Shown here one piece after another: positions 9,736 through 19,058 of a DNA stretch of 64,000 nt. The DNA is from a virus (taxonomy: Duplodnaviria > Caudoviricetes): positions 13,833 through 77,832 of the IMG/VR virus record IMGVR_UViG_2706795618_000001. One strand, written 5' to 3'. The notes under the pieces were generated by a model. It was not told the DNA's origin. It ran no database searches and saw only the letters and a program-made list of their open reading frames with translations. Numbering within the stretch: the stretch's first letter is position 1; each line of letters begins with the position of its first letter. The translations under genes and the position numbers were made by a program.

Positions 9736-12323
9736 TGCCACGCGCGGTTGACCTTCGGCCTGAGAAGTTCGACGTATCGCACGACCCCACCCAGCAGCTG
9801 TCGCCCGACACGGGTCTGGAGCAGCTGGGTGGGCCAATTGACGAGCTGGGCAAGCTACTTGGGGAGTTCCCGCGGCGGCTGATCGAGACGCTGCTGGGGA
9901 TCGCGAAAGACCCGATTCCCGAGGTGGCCGAATGGGTTGCCAACGTGCCGGGGCTCTCCCAGCTTGTCGCCGCGTTGACCGGAATACCCGGCACCCTGGC
10001 ACAACTGCAGCGGACATTTCAGAACTGGCGTGACTTCTTGGCTATCGACCTCAACGGGGAGGACTTCGACCCCGAGGCCGCGGCGCGCCAGTTCGTCACC
10101 ACGGTGGTGCAGCCGTTCATCAAGGTCATCTCCCAGATACGGGCCGCGTTGCTCGGGCCGCTGCCGATTGGCCTGCTGACCAACGACACCCCAACGCTGT
10201 TGCTGGAGGGTGGGTTCGATGAGCCCATCACCATCGTGGAGGGGTCGGGGTTCACCCACGACGCCACCGACGGTGTGCCTGGCACCAGTCCGCTGGGGTG
10301 TGCCCGTGCGGTATGCGATGGGACGCACAAGCAGACCGCCACCGCGCTACTGAAGGTCGGGCCGGGGTGGGCGCTGAAGCTGGGCGGCCGCGTCAAGCAC
10401 GAGAACCTGGTGGCGGGGGCCAACGCGCTCCGCATCAACCTGCTGCCGTACGCCGATGAGAACACCCCCTGGTCGGGCGGTGCCGTCATGGTGGCGACGG
10501 CGGGCACGGTATCGGGAACGTCGGGCGGCGACGGTGGTTGGGGCACCACACCTATCGAGGGCACGTGGACGGTGCCGCTGATCGGCGTTCAGTACGTCGC
10601 GGTGGAGGTCCACGTCACCGACGCCGCCACCGCTGGCGTGGCCAAGTACGACGAGGTTTATCTGCTTGCCACCCAATTGATTCCACAGATGTTTACCAAG
10701 GATCTGCCCGAGGATCTGTTGACGTTGTGGAACGGGTTGGGCGGCTTGGTCGAGCAGATGCTGACCCGGCTGGGCCTGCCGGTGCTGGGCGACTTCTGGG
10801 ACCAGGTGGCCGACCTGACGGACGAGCTGGAACTGATCCAGGAGAGGGCCGCCCAAGGTGTCGAGGACGCAGCCCAGGCAATCACCGACCTGGCGGCGTT
10901 GGCCAGCAACCTGCTCAACAACCCCGCGACGGTGTTGGGGCAGATCGGCCAGGAGCTGGTCGAGAACCTGGAGGACGACCTGGCCGAAGCGGGCGACACC
11001 ATCGCGGACGTGTTCGATGATGTGCGGCAAACGTGGCGCGACATCTTCAACGCCATCTCTGGCCGCAATCAAGACACCAGCAGCCGCGAACAGGCCGCAG
11101 CTCAGGTGGCCGAGCTGGCTGCCACCACGGCCGCGAATGCAGCCCTGCTAGCTCAACTCCAGGCCATCGCGGATGGTGAGGGTAGCGGTGGTGTCACGGG
11201 TGGCGATGACTTCGAACGGGTTAACACAGAGAACATCGGGCCCGGTTGGGACGAAGCGTATTCGGCTAGTACCGCGACGGGTGGCCGCTACAAGATCGCA
11301 GACGGTCACCAGGCGGTACTGGTCCCCGTTGGATCGGCCACACAAAGCGGCATGTTTGTGCGATCCCTCGATCAGCCGGACGCTAAGACGGCGACCAATT
11401 TTCAGAAGGTCACGATGGTTCTGGGCACGCAAGTCGCTCAAATCAATGCCACGGACCGGATCTATGGCCGTGTCAGTGACGACCGAACGCAGTACGTGTT
11501 CGCCGAACTGGGAAGCGGCCTTTCGTTCCCAACCCGAATCCGTTTGGGCTACAACATCGGTGCCGGTGAAGTCATCACATACAACGCGGAGTTCGCGGTA
11601 GACCGATCACCGGGTCAGATATGGTCGCTGCTCTGCGGTACAGGCTCTAACGCGCGTGTGTTTGGGCTTTCGCTGGGTGGCTCAACCATTGCGGGGTGGT
11701 CAGATACGGGCAACGTCACCGGTATGGGTGCCGGATTCCTGCGGTGGGGATTCGGCGGGGCATCGGCGACGTTCGTCGGTCAGCTCAAGCTGCCTTCGGC
11801 AATTACTCGCGTGACTATTGCTGACAACACCCCAGTTCCTGTGCTGGGTACGACTTTCCGTGCATACCGGGCCAACACCGCAGCAGTCACTATGACTCTG
11901 GACGACCAATCAGGACGCCTCGAAAACGTCTTCGACACAATTGATTACATTTCCTCCGACTTCATGTGGAATCCAGCAACAGCGACGTTGACCGTGACCA
12001 AGACTGGAACCTACTTGGCGGCTGGGCGACTGATGGCCAATGCCGACCTGAAGACAAGCACCATTCAGGCCCTAGAACTATTCGTTAACGGGTCAAGGAA
12101 GATGCGTACTGGCGACAAAATCGTTGCGGCATCGGGTGTCGGTTCCGGTTCCGGCAATGACCGTGAGGTCGCCGGTGTGGCTCCCATTTACCTGAATGCG
12201 GGCGATCAGCTGTCGTTGTGGTTGTACATGAATGATCGGGCGGGCGGTGTCAACGTCACGTTCCCGATTACCGGCGATGCGGGCGGCGTAAATACCTGGT
12301 TCTCAGTGACCAAGGTGGCCTGA
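9735..12323 (+). CDS. Minor tail / receptor-binding protein
   Basis: 862 aa; GPLPIGLL motif, coiled-coil middle, beta-rich C-terminus. Confidence 0.8.
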   Translation: MPRAVDLRPEKFDVSHDPTQQLSPDTGLEQLGGPIDELGKLLGEFPRRLIETLLGIAKDPIPEVAEWVANVPGLSQLVAALTGIPGTLAQLQRTFQNWRDFLAIDLNGEDFDPEAAARQFVTTVVQPFIKVISQIRAALLGPLPIGLLTNDTPTLLLEGGFDEPITIVEGSGFTHDATDGVPGTSPLGCARAVCDGTHKQTATALLKVGPGWALKLGGRVKHENLVAGANALRINLLPYADENTPWSGGAVMVATAGTVSGTSGGDGGWGTTPIEGTWTVPLIGVQYVAVEVHVTDAATAGVAKYDEVYLLATQLIPQMFTKDLPEDLLTLWNGLGGLVEQMLTRLGLPVLGDFWDQVADLTDELELIQERAAQGVEDAAQAITDLAALASNLLNNPATVLGQIGQELVENLEDDLAEAGDTIADVFDDVRQTWRDIFNAISGRNQDTSSREQAAAQVAELAATTAANAALLAQLQAIADGEGSGGVTGGDDFERVNTENIGPGWDEAYSASTATGGRYKIADGHQAVLVPVGSATQSGMFVRSLDQPDAKTATNFQKVTMVLGTQVAQINATDRIYGRVSDDRTQYVFAELGSGLSFPTRIRLGYNIGAGEVITYNAEFAVDRSPGQIWSLLCGTGSNARVFGLSLGGSTIAGWSDTGNVTGMGAGFLRWGFGGASATFVGQLKLPSAITRVTIADNTPVPVLGTTFRAYRANTAAVTMTLDDQSGRLENVFDTIDYISSDFMWNPATATLTVTKTGTYLAAGRLMANADLKTSTIQALELFVNGSRKMRTGDKIVAASGVGSGSGNDREVAGVAPIYLNAGDQLSLWLYMNDRAGGVNVTFPITGDAGGVNTWFSVTKVA

Positions 12324-13384
12324 TGCCCTGGTCGCCAACACCGACCAGCCCCCTGGGTGAGCACGAGCCAGCGTGGTTCCCGACGCCCCCTACCCCTGAA
12401 CCCGAGCAACACCGCCCGGCGTGGTTCCCGCGATGGCGCGTCACCACCAGCGACCAGGGCGTGGGTACCGACAGCGGGCTGGTGGTGCCGCGGCTACTTG
12501 CACCCGACACGGGCCTGGGGGCCGACAGCGCGGTGGTGTCGCGTACCGCCGGCCAGATACTGGCCGACACGGGCCTGGGGGCCGACGCCGGGCTGATCAC
12601 GCCCCTGCTGTTGACGGCCGACCAGGGCGCGGGAGCCGACAGCGCGCGGGTCGGGGTGTACGGCAGCGACCAGGGCGCGGGTACGGACAGCGGCCTGGTG
12701 GTGCCGAGGTTTGCTGCGGTGGACGCCGCGGTCGGGGCCGACATGCTGACGCTGTTGCCGCGGATGGGAGTGGCCGACCAGGGCGCGGGAGCCGACAGCG
12801 CCACAGCGGTATTCAGCCCCCGCGCGGCCGTCGTCGCCAGCTGGGCCGCCGCCGGCACCTACACGTTCACCATCCCCGTTTGGTGCCGGTACATCGACAT
12901 CGTGCTACTTGGGGGCGGTGGCGGTGGTGCCAGCCCCGGCACGTTCTACACCCTCAAGGGCCACCCCGGGGAAGCGGGCACATGGGTCACGGTGACGCTG
13001 GAACGCGGCGTCCACATCCCGTGGACAGCCATCACCATCACCATCACGGTGGGGACCGGCGGTGCCCGAGGATCGGGCGTCAGCGTGACGGGCGTTGCTG
13101 GACAGGCCGGTACAGCAACGACGGTGGCCGTTACCGGATGGAGTGGCGCGTCAGCCGCTGGCGGCGCGGGGGGTGGCACCAGCCTGACGGGCACCACCGA
13201 CAACGTGGGCCGGTCGCCCGGCAACATCGTCTACAACGACCTGCCGTATTCCGGTGGTGCGGCCCAATCGTCCAACGGCGGCGCGGGTAACGCGCCCGGT
13301 GGTGGCGGTGCCGGTGGCGGTCCGTTCGGTGGTGCCGGTGGAGTCGGAGCACCCGGCGGCGCATGGTTGCGCGCATACCAGTAG
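12323..13384 (+). CDS. Glycine-rich minor tail protein with DxGxGxDS repeats
   Basis: TYTFTIPVWCRYIDIVLLGGGGGG and APGGGGAGG motifs. Confidence 0.8.
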   Translation: MPWSPTPTSPLGEHEPAWFPTPPTPEPEQHRPAWFPRWRVTTSDQGVGTDSGLVVPRLLAPDTGLGADSAVVSRTAGQILADTGLGADAGLITPLLLTADQGAGADSARVGVYGSDQGAGTDSGLVVPRFAAVDAAVGADMLTLLPRMGVADQGAGADSATAVFSPRAAVVASWAAAGTYTFTIPVWCRYIDIVLLGGGGGGASPGTFYTLKGHPGEAGTWVTVTLERGVHIPWTAITITITVGTGGARGSGVSVTGVAGQAGTATTVAVTGWSGASAAGGAGGGTSLTGTTDNVGRSPGNIVYNDLPYSGGAAQSSNGGAGNAPGGGGAGGGPFGGAGGVGAPGGAWLRAYQ

Positions 13385-13396
13385 AGGAGCGGGGCA

Positions 13397-13828
13397 ATGC
13401 TGGCCAGTGAAGCGACGTTCAGAATCCGGTTCCACCAGGAGGTGGCCAACTACTTCTACTGCGGCACAGGGGAACTGGGACTCCAGCTGGCCAACCTGTA
13501 CCTGGACACTCTGGCCAACGATCCGACGGTCGATCAGCGGGCGATTGAGCACACCCCGGCGTTCGACCTCGCGGTTTGGGACTTCACTTCAGATCAACTG
13601 CCCGACAACGATATTGAACTCCACTCGTGGGTATGGCTCGATGAGACCGACGGGATTACCGGCCAATGGATCACCCACGGCGGCGTGATGATGGACGGTA
13701 TCGACGGCTTCAATCTGCTTAAGCCGCAAATCGAATCGCTCCAGGGATACGCCGACCAACACGTCCGCAATATCGCCCTGGGATATGCCCCGATAGTCAC
13801 CACTTGGGCCGACTGGCAAACGCCGTAA
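13397..13828 (+). CDS. Hypothetical protein (tail region)
   Basis: RBS GAGGAG, tight packing. Confidence 0.65.
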   Translation: MLASEATFRIRFHQEVANYFYCGTGELGLQLANLYLDTLANDPTVDQRAIEHTPAFDLAVWDFTSDQLPDNDIELHSWVWLDETDGITGQWITHGGVMMDGIDGFNLLKPQIESLQGYADQHVRNIALGYAPIVTTWADWQTP

Positions 13829-13846
13829 CCGAAAGAAGGGGTTGCA

Positions 13847-14245
13847 ATGTCCGTATACCAACCGGCACACCGCCGAGCCGCGTGCGCGGCCATCACCGCG
13901 CTGGGCAACCGGGTCGGCCTGTACTACGGGACAACCCGTGTCGGCACCGCGTACGCCGACACCACCTGGGCCGCACCGACCGACATCAACGAGCCGATCA
14001 ACCCCGCGCTGCCCGTCAGCGGCAGCAACCCCAACGTAGACAAGGCGCAGTCCGTCGGCTCTGCCGTCACCATCTCGGTACCGGCCAACACCGTGCCCAA
14101 CGGAACGGTCATCGACCGATACGGGATCCACAACGGCACAACGCTGCTGCGTACCGAGGCGCTGCCAATCGCATTGGTCATCAACGACGGCACGCAGGCG
14201 TTCTCGGCCGACGTGACCCCCAAGTTCAAGTATCGGGGCGAATGA
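13847..14245 (+). CDS. Tail-region hypothetical protein
   Basis: RBS GAAAGAAGGGG; coding-like GC3. Confidence 0.7.
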   Translation: MSVYQPAHRRAACAAITALGNRVGLYYGTTRVGTAYADTTWAAPTDINEPINPALPVSGSNPNVDKAQSVGSAVTISVPANTVPNGTVIDRYGIHNGTTLLRTEALPIALVINDGTQAFSADVTPKFKYRGE

Positions 14246-14520
14246 TGACGCCGCTGCGGCCGGGCGACCGGCTGTGGATCGGCCTGTTGGCCTACGTGGT
14301 GGGGGCCAACGTGTGGGCCACAACGCACAACACCGAGATGCTGAGCGAGGTCTGCGACCGCCAGCTGAAGGTCCATCGCTGGCTGACCGAGGTGGTGCTG
14401 GCCGCTCTCTACTGCCACCTCTCCAACCGAGTGCCCGACCGGTACGACCCGATTCACTGGCTGTTCGTCGGGGTCAAGGCGACGGCAACTCGACTGATGC
14501 GTAAGGAGATTGATACGTGA
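14242..14520 (+). CDS. Small membrane protein preceding lysin
   Basis: ATGA overlap; hydrophobic N-terminal segment. Confidence 0.65.
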   Translation: MMTPLRPGDRLWIGLLAYVVGANVWATTHNTEMLSEVCDRQLKVHRWLTEVVLAALYCHLSNRVPDRYDPIHWLFVGVKATATRLMRKEIDT

Positions 14521-15170
14521 GCGCTGTGGATGTGCTGTCCCAGGCGATGCTGGGGTCGGTGAGCCGGGAGCGGTACGCCCAGCTGCTACCCGCGTTGTCG
14601 GAATGCCTGGTGCGCTGTGGATGCACCACGGTGCCCCGGATCGCCATGTTCAACGCACAGGTCGGTCACGAATCGGCCGGCCTGCTGTACATGTCGGAAA
14701 TCTGGGGACCGACTGCCGCGCAATGCGGTTACGAGTGGCGTACCGACCTGGGCAACACCGTCGCGGGTGACGGCTACCGGTTCCGAGGCCGCGGCCCCCT
14801 GCAGGTGACGGGCCGGGGCCACTACACCAACCTGTCACGGTGGGCCTACAGCCAGGGCCTGGTGCCCACGCCCACGTTCTTCGTGGACGATCCCGACCAG
14901 CTGGCCGGTGACCGATACGGCTTCATCGGCGTCACCTGGTACTGGACGGTGGAGCGGCCCCAGCTCAACGCATTGGCCGACGCGCGCGACATCGTGGGCG
15001 CTACCCGCGCGGTCAACGGCGGGACCAACGGGCTGGAGGACGGCCCGTGGGGTCCGGGTCGCCGTACCCGCTGGAACCGCAACCTCGCCATGGGATCGGC
15101 GCTGCTTTCGCTACTGGAGCAACAGGATTGGCAACCCGTCCTGGACTACCTGCAAGGGAGGACGCTGTGA
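14517..15170 (+). CDS. lysA: Lysin A subunit, GH19 (chitinase/lysozyme-like) glycosidase
   Basis: HESAGL, DGYRFRGRGPLQVTGR, VNGGTNGL motifs. Confidence 0.93.
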   Translation: MSAVDVLSQAMLGSVSRERYAQLLPALSECLVRCGCTTVPRIAMFNAQVGHESAGLLYMSEIWGPTAAQCGYEWRTDLGNTVAGDGYRFRGRGPLQVTGRGHYTNLSRWAYSQGLVPTPTFFVDDPDQLAGDRYGFIGVTWYWTVERPQLNALADARDIVGATRAVNGGTNGLEDGPWGPGRRTRWNRNLAMGSALLSLLEQQDWQPVLDYLQGRTL

Positions 15171-15697
15171 TCACCCGACGTAACGCCGACTTCTGGTGGA
15201 GCATCGCGTGGCCCCGAGACCGCAAGCGCTACGGGTACGGCGGGCCGTGGGATCAGTTCGACGTGAACGTCTCCACCGACTGCTCCGGGCTGGTGTCGAA
15301 CTGCCTGGAGGCGTTGGTGCGCGGCCCCGACGGGTTCGACTGGGACCGCGAGCCTTACAGCACCGAATCGTGGCGCGTCGTGGACTACGGCCAGATAGGG
15401 CCGTTCGGCACCATCTGCGTCCGTCGGCCCCAAGACATCCCGGCCGACGCCGCGGTGGCCATCGGCTGCGTCCACGGGGCCGGTGCTGGCCCCAACAGCC
15501 ACATGGCGTGCACAGTGTTCGACCCGATGTACGGACCCATCAACGTCGAGTCGTCCGGTACCTACGGTCAGCGGATCGGTGGCCCCGCAAGGGGTTACAA
15601 CGACCCGATGTTCAAGGACTGGCACTACCTGCCCGGCCCCATCGAGGGCCAGGACTGGCAGCCGGTGCTCGACTATCTGACCGGTCGCACCATCTAA
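15167..15697 (+). CDS. Lysin A subunit, NlpC/P60-like cysteine peptidase
   Basis: GTGA overlap with GH19 stop; YGYGG, DCSGLV, HMAC, NVES motifs. Confidence 0.85.
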   Translation: MITRRNADFWWSIAWPRDRKRYGYGGPWDQFDVNVSTDCSGLVSNCLEALVRGPDGFDWDREPYSTESWRVVDYGQIGPFGTICVRRPQDIPADAAVAIGCVHGAGAGPNSHMACTVFDPMYGPINVESSGTYGQRIGGPARGYNDPMFKDWHYLPGPIEGQDWQPVLDYLTGRTI

Positions 15698-15733
15698 TAC
15701 CCAATCCACCAAATCCCAAGAAGGAGAACAGAA

Positions 15734-16177
15734 ATGGCATCACCTGACGACGTGCAGAACTACCTCCGCGGCCAGGGCTGGTCACGCTGGCTGTATGAGG
15801 GCAGCAACGACGTGCTGGAGAAGTACAAGCGCGCCGTGGGCGACGTGCGCGAGCTGGTCGGCGAGCTGGCATGGAACCTGCTGCGCCATCACGACCAGTA
15901 CGACATCGGCCGCCCCGGGGCACCACAGCCCGGCGACGTGCAGACCAAGCGGACCTACGGCCTGTTCGACAGCGTGAAGCGCACGGTGTTCGAGCTGACG
16001 CTGTGGCTGCCCCAGGTCGGCCGGAAGGAGTTGCTGGCCAAGCGGTCAGGCAAGGAGACGGTGCTGGGTCACGCCGTTGCCGCGGCGTCGGCCGCCAGCC
16101 TGGCGCTGGAAGTGGCGCTCAAGGTGGCCGACAAGGTGGGGGCCGACCTGTCGGACATCGAGGGTCTGGACCGCTGA
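15734..16177 (+). CDS. Lysis-cassette protein, putative non-catalytic lysin subunit
   Basis: Strong RBS AAGGAGAA; between lysin A parts and lysin B; no catalytic motif seen. Confidence 0.6.
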   Translation: MASPDDVQNYLRGQGWSRWLYEGSNDVLEKYKRAVGDVRELVGELAWNLLRHHDQYDIGRPGAPQPGDVQTKRTYGLFDSVKRTVFELTLWLPQVGRKELLAKRSGKETVLGHAVAAASAASLALEVALKVADKVGADLSDIEGLDR

Positions 16178-16179
16178 CG

Positions 16180-17277
16180 GTGGCCACCTGGGACTCCATC
16201 CTCGACTACCTGCGCGGCGACCCCTGCAAGGTGGGTTACTTCGGGGTTCCCGGCACGTGGTCACCGTGGGATGCGGGGTATCAGGCCGACGTTGGGCGGC
16301 TGATCAACTCGGCCTGGTTCTACTGGCAGGGCGTCGGCTACGTCGCCGCGTTCGGCCCGGTCAACGGCCCCATCACCAACCCCTCCTACGCCGAGTCGGT
16401 GCAGGAGGGTGTGGACGAGACGGTGCGGCTGATCCTGGCGCGCCCTGGCCCCATCGTGCTCGGCGGGTATTCCCAAGGGGCCGAGGTGGTGTACTGGGTG
16501 GCCCGGGAGTTCCTGACCGGCGGCCGGCTGGCTCACCGCCGCGGCGATCTGCTGTTGATCGTCACGTTCGGCAACCCCTGCCGCGCCAAGGGGCACGGGG
16601 TCAACCAGGCCACCGCCCACGGGTGGGGCATCTCCCGCAAGCCACCGCTGACGGAGTTGCTGCCCATCTGGCTGGACTACGCACTGCCCGGCGACATGTA
16701 CTGCTGCGCAGACGATGACACCTACCTGGCCATTGGGTACGCCGCGTTGACCAAACTGCAGCTGCACGACCCGTGGCAGCTGGTCCAGGCGATGCTGGCG
16801 CTGATCCAGTCCGATGAGTTCGCCGACGCGCTGGCCGAACTGCTCGACCCCCTGTTCCCCGGGCTGGCCACCACCCTGGGGGAGCTGACCGGAATGGACG
16901 GCGCGGCACTGCTGGCCAACCGCAAGCCGGTCGGCGGGGGCGTGCTGGGCGGGCTGATGTCGGGCCAGCTGCTGACCACCACCCCGGCAGGCGGCAACCT
17001 GCTGGGTGGGCTGATCGGCGCGGGGACCGGCGTGCTGGGTGGGCTGCTCGACGGGGTGATCCCCGGCGGGTTGCCTCCGATTGTCGGCGGCCTGCTCGGT
17101 GGGGGATCGGGCCCGGGCGGCACCCCCACCGGTATGTACAAGCTGGGCAAGACGTTTGCCGCACTGCTGAATTTCGCCACTACCAACGATCACGGTCACT
17201 ACCACGACACCCCGGCGTTTGCCGGAACCAACGCCGTTGCCCACGCCGTCGGCGAGGTCAATCGGCTTGCTGCCTGA
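16180..17277 (+). CDS. lysB: Lysin B (cutinase-like esterase)
   Basis: GTG 16180; VPGTW, GYSQG nucleophile elbow, FGNP, GDMY, terminal His motif. Confidence 0.92.
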   Translation: MATWDSILDYLRGDPCKVGYFGVPGTWSPWDAGYQADVGRLINSAWFYWQGVGYVAAFGPVNGPITNPSYAESVQEGVDETVRLILARPGPIVLGGYSQGAEVVYWVAREFLTGGRLAHRRGDLLLIVTFGNPCRAKGHGVNQATAHGWGISRKPPLTELLPIWLDYALPGDMYCCADDDTYLAIGYAALTKLQLHDPWQLVQAMLALIQSDEFADALAELLDPLFPGLATTLGELTGMDGAALLANRKPVGGGVLGGLMSGQLLTTTPAGGNLLGGLIGAGTGVLGGLLDGVIPGGLPPIVGGLLGGGSGPGGTPTGMYKLGKTFAALLNFATTNDHGHYHDTPAFAGTNAVAHAVGEVNRLAA

Positions 17278-17290
17278 AAGGAATTGGGAG

Positions 17291-17620
17291 ATGACGATTC
17301 TGGACCTCCAGAACCGGGACGACACACGGCGGTTCTTGCACGTCGCACTTCCCGGTATCGCCGCGGTGCTGGTAGCCGTCGGCGTGCTGACATCCGATCT
17401 GGCCCCGCTGGTGGCGTCCACCGTGATGACGGTGTTCGACTCCGTGCTGTCGCGGGTCAACACCAGCGACAAGGCGCGAAAGTGGTTCTATCCGCTGATG
17501 GGCCTGGGGGCCGTCGGGCTGCTGGGCGTGGGCAACTGGCTCAACGCCGACACCGCCCAGTGGCTCGCCGTGGTGCCGATCCTGTTGGGCGGCAGCGTCG
17601 CAGCGGCCAAGACGCCGTGA
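17291..17620 (+). CDS. Holin
   Basis: Several hydrophobic helices; position after lysB; RBS GGGAG. Confidence 0.75.
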   Translation: MTILDLQNRDDTRRFLHVALPGIAAVLVAVGVLTSDLAPLVASTVMTVFDSVLSRVNTSDKARKWFYPLMGLGAVGLLGVGNWLNADTAQWLAVVPILLGGSVAAAKTP

Positions 17621-18165
17621 AGTTGGCGGTCGCGGCAATGGTGGTGGGGGTGGCGCTGCTTCTGGCCGCCCCCGCCCGCGCCGCGCTGGTGACGGCCGAC
17701 AACGCAAGCCAGTTGCCGGCCAATAACATTGGCCTGGTGGGGCTGGTTATCTTGACCGTCGGCGGCTGGGTCACTGCGTGGATCAACGGCCGCAACCATC
17801 GCAGCGAGGTCCGCGACATCAAGGGCGACGTGGGCCAGGTCAAGGGCGACGTGGGGGATGTCAAACAGCAGGTCCAGAACAGCCACAACACCAACCTTCG
17901 CGACGACCTGGACAAGGTGAAGGAGTCCCAGGAGGACATGAAGCGGATGGTGGAATCCGTTGAGGCAGGGATGCATTTGCTGTCGCAGCAGATGGGTGAC
18001 CTCCACCGTTATGCCACCAGCCAAGGCCGCGACATCGGCGGTATCCGCGAGGATGTCGGTGCTATGCGCGGTGAGATCCGGCGCGACCGGACGGCCCGGG
18101 AGGCGTTCGAGCATTCCGTTCGGGAAGCCCACCGCAAGCTCCATCCCGAAGCCGACCCGATCTAG
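17617..18165 (+). CDS. Membrane protein with coiled coil (DUF2746-like)
   Basis: GTGA overlap; signal/TM segments; VQNSHNTNLRDDLD motif. Confidence 0.75.
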   Translation: MKLAVAAMVVGVALLLAAPARAALVTADNASQLPANNIGLVGLVILTVGGWVTAWINGRNHRSEVRDIKGDVGQVKGDVGDVKQQVQNSHNTNLRDDLDKVKESQEDMKRMVESVEAGMHLLSQQMGDLHRYATSQGRDIGGIREDVGAMRGEIRRDRTAREAFEHSVREAHRKLHPEADPI

Positions 18166-18182
18166 CAGCAGACCGGACGAAC

Positions 18183-18212
18183 GCACCCCCTGGCCTTCGG
18201 GCCGGGGGGTGC
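18183..18212 (+). terminator. Hairpin ending the late operon, possibly bidirectional
   Basis: 13-bp stem GCACCCCCTGGCC/GGCCGGGGGGTGC with TTCG loop. Confidence 0.8.
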
Positions 18213-18229
18213 TTCGTCGTTCCTGGGGT

Positions 18230-18421
18230 CTACATGTCGTGGAGCAGCTGTTCGGCCCTGTCGAGCTCGGCCAGCTCCTCCGTTACCTGGCCGAGCCGGC
18301 GGGAGGCGTCGTTGACGGTGTGGGTCAGGTCGGCGCGTTCGAGCAACAACGTGCGGCGCTGAAGCCGGATCATCGTTTCCAGTTGGCCCCGTGGGTATCC
18401 GGCGATCAGTCGATTAGCCAT
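18230..18421 (-). CDS. Small coiled-coil hypothetical protein
   Basis: RBS GGAAGGA on minus strand; fills the gap divergent from the HTH gene. Confidence 0.65.
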   Translation of the reverse strand: MANRLIAGYPRGQLETMIRLQRRTLLLERADLTHTVNDASRRLGQVTEELAELDRAEQLLHDM

Positions 18422-18505
18422 CGGCGGCGATTCCTTCCAGTGGTAGACCTGGCCCGTAATGCCTGGTCAAACAACATGAGAAGAGTAGCGCGCTAGTCAG
18501 CGTAG

Positions 18506-18522
18506 GTCTAGAGAGCTAGACT
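18506..18522 (+). promoter_or_regulatory. Perfect palindrome GTCTAG-AGAG-CTAGAC overlapping a TAGACT -10 box (leaderless promoter)
   Basis: TAGACT at 18517-18522 lies 7 nt before ATG 18530. Confidence 0.75.
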
Positions 18523-18529
18523 TCGCTGC

Positions 18530-18781
18530 ATGACAACCGCCACGCAACCACTAAACAGTCAGCGGCCCAAGGCTTCCCCGCAGGAGCGGAACCGCCATCT
18601 CCAGCGGCTGCGTCGAGCCCGAGCCCAGCAGGCCAAGCTGGAGGAGCGTCTGAAGGCATCCAACGATGAAGTGCGCCAACTGATCAAGGACGGATTCGAT
18701 CTTGGGATCAGCGGCCTGCAGCTGGGTGAGGCGGCCGGGCTGGGCAAGGCGCGCGCGTACCAGATCCGCGACGACAAGTGA
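18530..18781 (+). CDS. Small helix-turn-helix DNA-binding protein
   Basis: C-terminal LQLGEAAGLGKARAYQIRD fits an HTH pattern; N-terminal coiled coil. Confidence 0.75.
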   Translation: MTTATQPLNSQRPKASPQERNRHLQRLRRARAQQAKLEERLKASNDEVRQLIKDGFDLGISGLQLGEAAGLGKARAYQIRDDK

Positions 18782-19032
18782 GCGGACCCGACTCCCCCGC
18801 GACGGGATACACCACCGCCGGGTACATGGCCGAGATTCACCCCACCCAGGCCCGCCAGATCGAGTCGCAGTTGGCCCGGCTGGATGACGGCAACCCCGTC
18901 AAGGTGGCCCTGGGGATCGTGTTGGGGCTGGAGCTGCATGTGACGCTGGACGTGTGCCAGAGGTGCGGTGCTGTCGTCCACGACAAGGTGGACCACGGGT
19001 TCTGGCACGACCAGGTGGGTTCGGCAACGTGA
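18778..19032 (+). CDS. Hypothetical protein with CxxC...H motif
   Basis: GTGA overlap. Confidence 0.6.
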   Translation: MSGPDSPATGYTTAGYMAEIHPTQARQIESQLARLDDGNPVKVALGIVLGLELHVTLDVCQRCGAVVHDKVDHGFWHDQVGSAT

Positions 19033-19058
19033 CGCCCACCGCGTAGGGTTCCCACCCT

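Noticed and set aside
15047-15166. Fusion of the two lysin A parts or a frameshift error
   Set aside because: Each gene has its own stop, a GTGA coupling and its own copy of the terminal peptide, which argues for a genuine split
255-17707. Long minus-strand ORFs over the structural and lysis genes (for example 255-1787, 6085-7278, 8653-10017, 16261-17472)
   Set aside because: Shadow ORFs expected from high GC3 on the plus strand; no motifs or RBS
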